Below, one piece after another: positions 17,493 to 20,827 of a stretch of DNA of 20,827 nt (positions are counted from its first letter, which is position 1; each line of letters opens with the position of its first letter). Origin of the DNA: an uncultured archaeon (lineage in GTDB: Archaea; Asgardarchaeota; Thorarchaeia; Thorarchaeales; Thorarchaeaceae); assembly GCA_964610875.1 (NCBI GenBank), contig CAZSWP010000051.1, forward strand, positions 1-20,827. Direction: 5' to 3'. The translations under genes were made by a program, and so were the position numbers. Below the pieces are notes generated by a model. It searched no databases and had not been told where the DNA came from. It was given only the letters and a program-made list of their open reading frames with translations.

Positions 17493-18332
17493 ATGATCAT
17501 TACAGTAGCATCAGGCAAAGGTGGGACTGGAAAGACCACCGTTGCAGTCAATTTAGCTTTATCGCTTGATACTGCAACTCTCATGGATTGCGATGTAGAA
17601 GAACCAAATGTATACTTATTTTTGAATCCAAAGAACATTAAGAGCAAGGAAGTCACACTCCCCGTTCCTGTTGTGGACATGGATCGCTGTACTTTGTGCA
17701 AAAAGTGTGCAGAATTTTGTGAATTCAATGCAATTTTTGTAGGACAAAAAGTCTTGATTTACGATGATATCTGCCACTCATGTGGTGGCTGCAGACTTGT
17801 TTGTCCAGAAAAAGCAATATCTGAGGTAGAAAAGGTCGTTGGAACCGTTTTTGTTGGACAGGCTGATAATCTTCGTCTAGCCTATGGCGAGCTGAGAGTG
17901 GGTGAACCTGTAGGCATACCGCTCATCAAAAAGGTCAAAGCAGAAGTACAGTCATCCGGTATCAATATTATTGATGCACCCCCTGGAACTTCTTGTCCTG
18001 TTATTGAAACAATGGAAGGTAGTGATTACATTCTTTTGGTCACAGAACCCACTCCGTTTGGCATTCATGACTTGTCCATGGCTATTGGAGTTGTGAAAGA
18101 ATTAGGTATTCCTCACGGGATTGTTGTTAACAGACACAGTGAAGGTAACAATCTCGCTCGTGAGTTTAGCAAAGAAACGGGGATTCCTATTGTAATGGAG
18201 ATTCCCTATGAGCGCAGAATTGCAGAGTTATATTCTCGTGGTATTCCTTTCACTCAAGAAATGGGTGAGTGGAAAGCACGGTTCAAAGAACTATATTCCC
18301 ATATTGTGGAGGTAGTAAAGGATGCCAACTGA
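17493..18332 (+). CDS. MinD-superfamily P-loop ATPase with inserted 2x[4Fe-4S] ferredoxin domain (COG1149-type), paralog 1
   Basis: SGKGGTGKTT, DCDVEEPN, CTLCKKCAEFC, CHSCGGCRLVCP, DAPPGTSCPV, EPTPFGIHDL; GGTGA SD. Confidence 0.93.
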   Translation: MIITVASGKGGTGKTTVAVNLALSLDTATLMDCDVEEPNVYLFLNPKNIKSKEVTLPVPVVDMDRCTLCKKCAEFCEFNAIFVGQKVLIYDDICHSCGGCRLVCPEKAISEVEKVVGTVFVGQADNLRLAYGELRVGEPVGIPLIKKVKAEVQSSGINIIDAPPGTSCPVIETMEGSDYILLVTEPTPFGIHDLSMAIGVVKELGIPHGIVVNRHSEGNNLAREFSKETGIPIVMEIPYERRIAELYSRGIPFTQEMGEWKARFKELYSHIVEVVKDAN

Positions 18333-19188
18333 GATTGCTATCATTAGTGGGAAGGGTGGGACTGGAAAGACCTCCGTCTGTGCATCTTTTGCAGCAATAG
18401 CTAGGGACCTTGTTCTGGCTGACTGTGATGTGGATGCTCCAGACCTTCATATTCTCCTAAAACCAGACATCAAGAAAGAAGAAGACTTCATCAGCTCGAA
18501 GGTCGCAGTACTCGACCCAGAACTATGCACCCTCTGTGGGTTATGCGAAGAGAATTGTCGTTTTGATGCTGTAACCCCTCCAAAAGTCAGTTATATTGGC
18601 TGTGAGGGATGCGGTGTCTGTGCTTTTGTCTGTCCAGAGAATGCAATTGAAATGAAAGACCGTGTTTCAGGCAAGGTATTCGAGTCAACAACTGAGTATG
18701 GTCCTATGTCCCATGCCACCCTGCATGCAGGTGAGGGGAATTCAGGGAAGCTTGTCACAGAGGTAAGAGAAAGGGCAAAAACAATGTCTGAGGAATCTGG
18801 TCGCAATCGGATTCTGATTGATGGGTCTCCTGGTATTGGTTGTCCTGTTATTGCAACAGTTACAGGTATTCAGTTAGGGGTTGTTGTGACTGAACCAACT
18901 GTTTCAGGGATTCATGACATGTCCCGTGTGGTTGAACTCCTCGATAAGTTTCAAGTTCCTGTACTGATTATTGTGAACAAATACGACATCAATCTGGAAA
19001 AAACACAGGAGATTGAAAAGTTCTGTAAAGATAATGGTGCTGAACTCATCGGGAAAATACCATACGATGAGATCCTTTCTGAAGCATTAGTTGATACTAA
19101 ATCACTTCCAGAATATGCTCCTGCCCATGAATTGACTGTACTGCTAAAAGAAATCTGGGCAAAAATAGAAAATAGACTAGCTGGCTAA
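18322..19188 (+). CDS. MinD-superfamily P-loop ATPase with inserted 2x[4Fe-4S] ferredoxin domain (COG1149-type), paralog 2
   Basis: SGKGGTGKTS, DCDVDAPDL, CTLCGLCEENC, CEGCGVCAFVCP, DGSPGIGCPV, EPTVSGIHDM; overlaps paralog 1 by 11 nt; GGAGGT SD. Confidence 0.93.
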   Translation: MPTEIAIISGKGGTGKTSVCASFAAIARDLVLADCDVDAPDLHILLKPDIKKEEDFISSKVAVLDPELCTLCGLCEENCRFDAVTPPKVSYIGCEGCGVCAFVCPENAIEMKDRVSGKVFESTTEYGPMSHATLHAGEGNSGKLVTEVRERAKTMSEESGRNRILIDGSPGIGCPVIATVTGIQLGVVVTEPTVSGIHDMSRVVELLDKFQVPVLIIVNKYDINLEKTQEIEKFCKDNGAELIGKIPYDEILSEALVDTKSLPEYAPAHELTVLLKEIWAKIENRLAG

Positions 19189-19223
19189 GATGAACTGTTC
19201 ATCTAACCAGCACGTCTTTTTTT
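19180..19223 (+). terminator. Terminator of the NifX/ATPase operon
   Basis: GCTGG..AGATGAA-CTG-TTCATCT..CCAGC stem followed by T7 at 19217-19223. Confidence 0.6.
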
Positions 19224-19225
19224 CA

Positions 19226-19510
19226 TTATTGTTGGTTTTCTAACTCTCGCAGTCTACTCTCTATCCTCTCAAGACTTTGTCTTAGAGATTCAAGTTGACT
19301 TTCGAGTATTTCCTTCTGTTGTCGGAGGAGGGTTGCGTCCTGTGGCAATGGTGTTGTATCAACAGGTACTGTGGTTCTATATCCTAATGTCCAACAACTA
19401 CCCGGTCCATACAACCATCCAGGTCTCTCCCATGGTGGGAGATGACTGAATGGACCATTTCCTGGCCAGCGACCATAACCTCGGCCGCCTCCTCTTCGTC
19501 CATATCCCAT
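19226..19510 (-). CDS. DUF5320-like protein (Gly/Arg-rich N-terminus, C-terminal coiled coil)
   Basis: GRRGGGRGYGR, PGNGPFSHLPPWERPGW, heptad tail LRQQKEILESQLESLRQSLERIESRLREL; AAGTGAT SD-like; usual neighbour of NifX/COG1149 genes. Confidence 0.8.
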   Translation of the reverse strand: MGYGRRGGGRGYGRWPGNGPFSHLPPWERPGWLYGPGSCWTLGYRTTVPVDTTPLPQDATLLRQQKEILESQLESLRQSLERIESRLRELENQQ

Positions 19511-19530
19511 ATTATCACTTCATTTAATAT

Positions 19531-19617
19531 TTGTGCATATGCACAACATGTTTGTATGCATATTCACACAATTTAAAGTTATTCATACGATGCGCTAATT
19601 TAGAACACGTGTTCTAA
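19531..19617. promoter_or_regulatory. Three related palindromic operator candidates around a TATA box
   Basis: TTGTGCATATGCACAA (19531-19546, perfect), TTGTATGCATATTCACACAA (19552-19571, 8/10 pairs), TTAGAACACGTGTTCTAA (19600-19617, perfect); TTTAAA at 19572-19577. Confidence 0.75.
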
Positions 19618-19818
19618 CTATCTCCAGATGGAACATAGAAGTTGAAATAGAAGACATGTTTCCGTGAGGCCGAACGTACACACTAAGGTTAGTTTGTTTT
19701 GTAATCAATACTCCAAACACAAATTAGCCATTTCTAAATAGGTAGCAAGTCCTTCCAAGCCACTAGACTCAAAGGCTGGCTATATCTTAGTCATAGACAT
19801 AAACTGGAGGTATTTTCA

Positions 19819-20827
19819 TTGGATAGCTATCTCATTAAAGCTGGAACTGTCATTATTGGTGATGATAGTCTTTTGCATGACGCATTCATCTTGGTAGAAG
19901 ATGGTAAAATTTCAAACATTGGAACTGAAGACAAACCTGAGTCTGCTACTAAAACGCTTGACTATTCTAATCAGGTCATCATGCCAGGGATAATTGACAC
20001 GCATGTACACTTCTGTCATGATGGTGGGACTCCAGACCCTGCTGAGAGTAGAAAGCTATCCGACACTTTCATGGCTATTCGCGGTGCGAAGTTCGCAGAG
20101 CAATTATTGGCTTCAGGAGTCACCACTGCTGGAGATGCTGCAGCAAGAGGTGATGTTCCTTTTGCTATACGTGATAGTATTGAAAGAGGTCTTACCAAAG
20201 GTCCACGAATTCGTGTTTGCGGTCGCATGATTACTATCACTGGTGGAAGAGATCCTATATACGACCAGAATGAGGCAGATGGTCCTGATGGAGTGCGTAA
20301 GGCAACACGGGAGGAGATAGCTAGAGGTGTGGACTTCATAAAGCTAGCCGCAACTGGCGCAATATCTTCTGAAAAAACTGAGAGTCTGCATGTTCAATTC
20401 ACAATTGACGAGATGCGCGCTGCGGTAGAAGAGGCTCATAAAGTCGGTATCATGACTCATGCGCATGCTTATGGTGATCTTGGAATCGAGAATACCATCA
20501 GAGCTGGTGTGGATGTTCTCGTCCATGGTCATCCTCTACATGATGAAAATACAATACTCATGAAGCAACGTAATACAATGTATATGCCCACGCTGGTGAC
20601 GTATTATGAATCACAGTTGCACCATGATGAAGGACATCTCCCAGAACACATGATTCGAAAGGAAAAGGAGCTATTTCCATTGATGGAAGCAGGTATTCGT
20701 GAAGCTGTCAAACATGGCTTACCCGTTGTGGTTGGTTCTGACTCTGGAATGCCTTACACGCCCTTTGGTAAGTCATCTATTGAAGAATTGGAGCTATTGG
20801 TTAAAATGGGTGGTATGGACCCAATGG
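19819..20827 (+). CDS. Metal-dependent amidohydrolase (Xaa-Pro dipeptidase-like), truncated by the window end
   Basis: Not in the ORF track. Hand translation from TTG 19819 after GGAGG gives MDSYLIKAGTV...MPGIIDTHVH...SGVTTAGDA...GVDFIKLAATG...HAHAYG...LVHG...VGSDSG, with no stop before the end. Confidence 0.92.
   Translation, partial: MDSYLIKAGTVIIGDDSLLHDAFILVEDGKISNIGTEDKPESATKTLDYSNQVIMPGIIDTHVHFCHDGGTPDPAESRKLSDTFMAIRGAKFAEQLLASGVTTAGDAAARGDVPFAIRDSIERGLTKGPRIRVCGRMITITGGRDPIYDQNEADGPDGVRKATREEIARGVDFIKLAATGAISSEKTESLHVQFTIDEMRAAVEEAHKVGIMTHAHAYGDLGIENTIRAGVDVLVHGHPLHDENTILMKQRNTMYMPTLVTYYESQLHHDEGHLPEHMIRKEKELFPLMEAGIREAVKHGLPVVVGSDSGMPYTPFGKSSIEELELLVKMGGMDPM

Noticed and set aside
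16648-19188. Nitrogen fixation cluster
   Set aside because: No nifDK/nifEN or radical-SAM NifB; the ATPases are COG1149-type, not NifH.
178-20532. The many short antisense or alternate-frame ORFs in the track (e.g. 178-513, 4738-5094, 12444-12860, 13621-13824, 20016-20339)
   Set aside because: They overlap well-supported genes or the MITE and show no motifs or ribosome-binding sites.
1-20827. CRISPR array, tRNA, rRNA, integrase or transposase genes
   Set aside because: No spaced direct-repeat array, cloverleaf, rRNA-like stretch or recombinase motif seen by eye.

Overview
Archaeal-type chromosomal window. Asgard/Thorarchaeia origin is my inference from GGTGA/GGAGG ribosome-binding sites, TATA promoters and the style of the Ig-like, Thr-tail surface proteins. 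The left part (1-9.5 kb) is accessory: an MFS transporter, a SAM methyltransferase with an extra C-terminal domain, a stop-interrupted secreted-protein pseudogene, a membrane-anchored hypothetical, a 743-aa helical repeat protein built from about 19 units of 33 or 40 aa, and a DNRLRE/FN3/Ig surface protein. The centre is an acetate module: AMP-forming acetyl-CoA synthetase and an OFA-family MFS transporter, divergent from an acetyl-CoA hydrolase/transferase fused to a Pat-type GNAT acetyltransferase. A 141-bp IS903-like MITE with a 9-bp target duplication sits in that divergent promoter region. The right part has a thioredoxin preceded by a ~240-nt hairpin-rich element, an operon of two NifB/NifX-like proteins and two ferredoxin-inserted MinD-like ATPases, a convergent DUF5320-like gene with three related upstream palindromes, and an amidohydrolase cut by the window end. 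No rRNA, tRNA or CRISPR array was seen.
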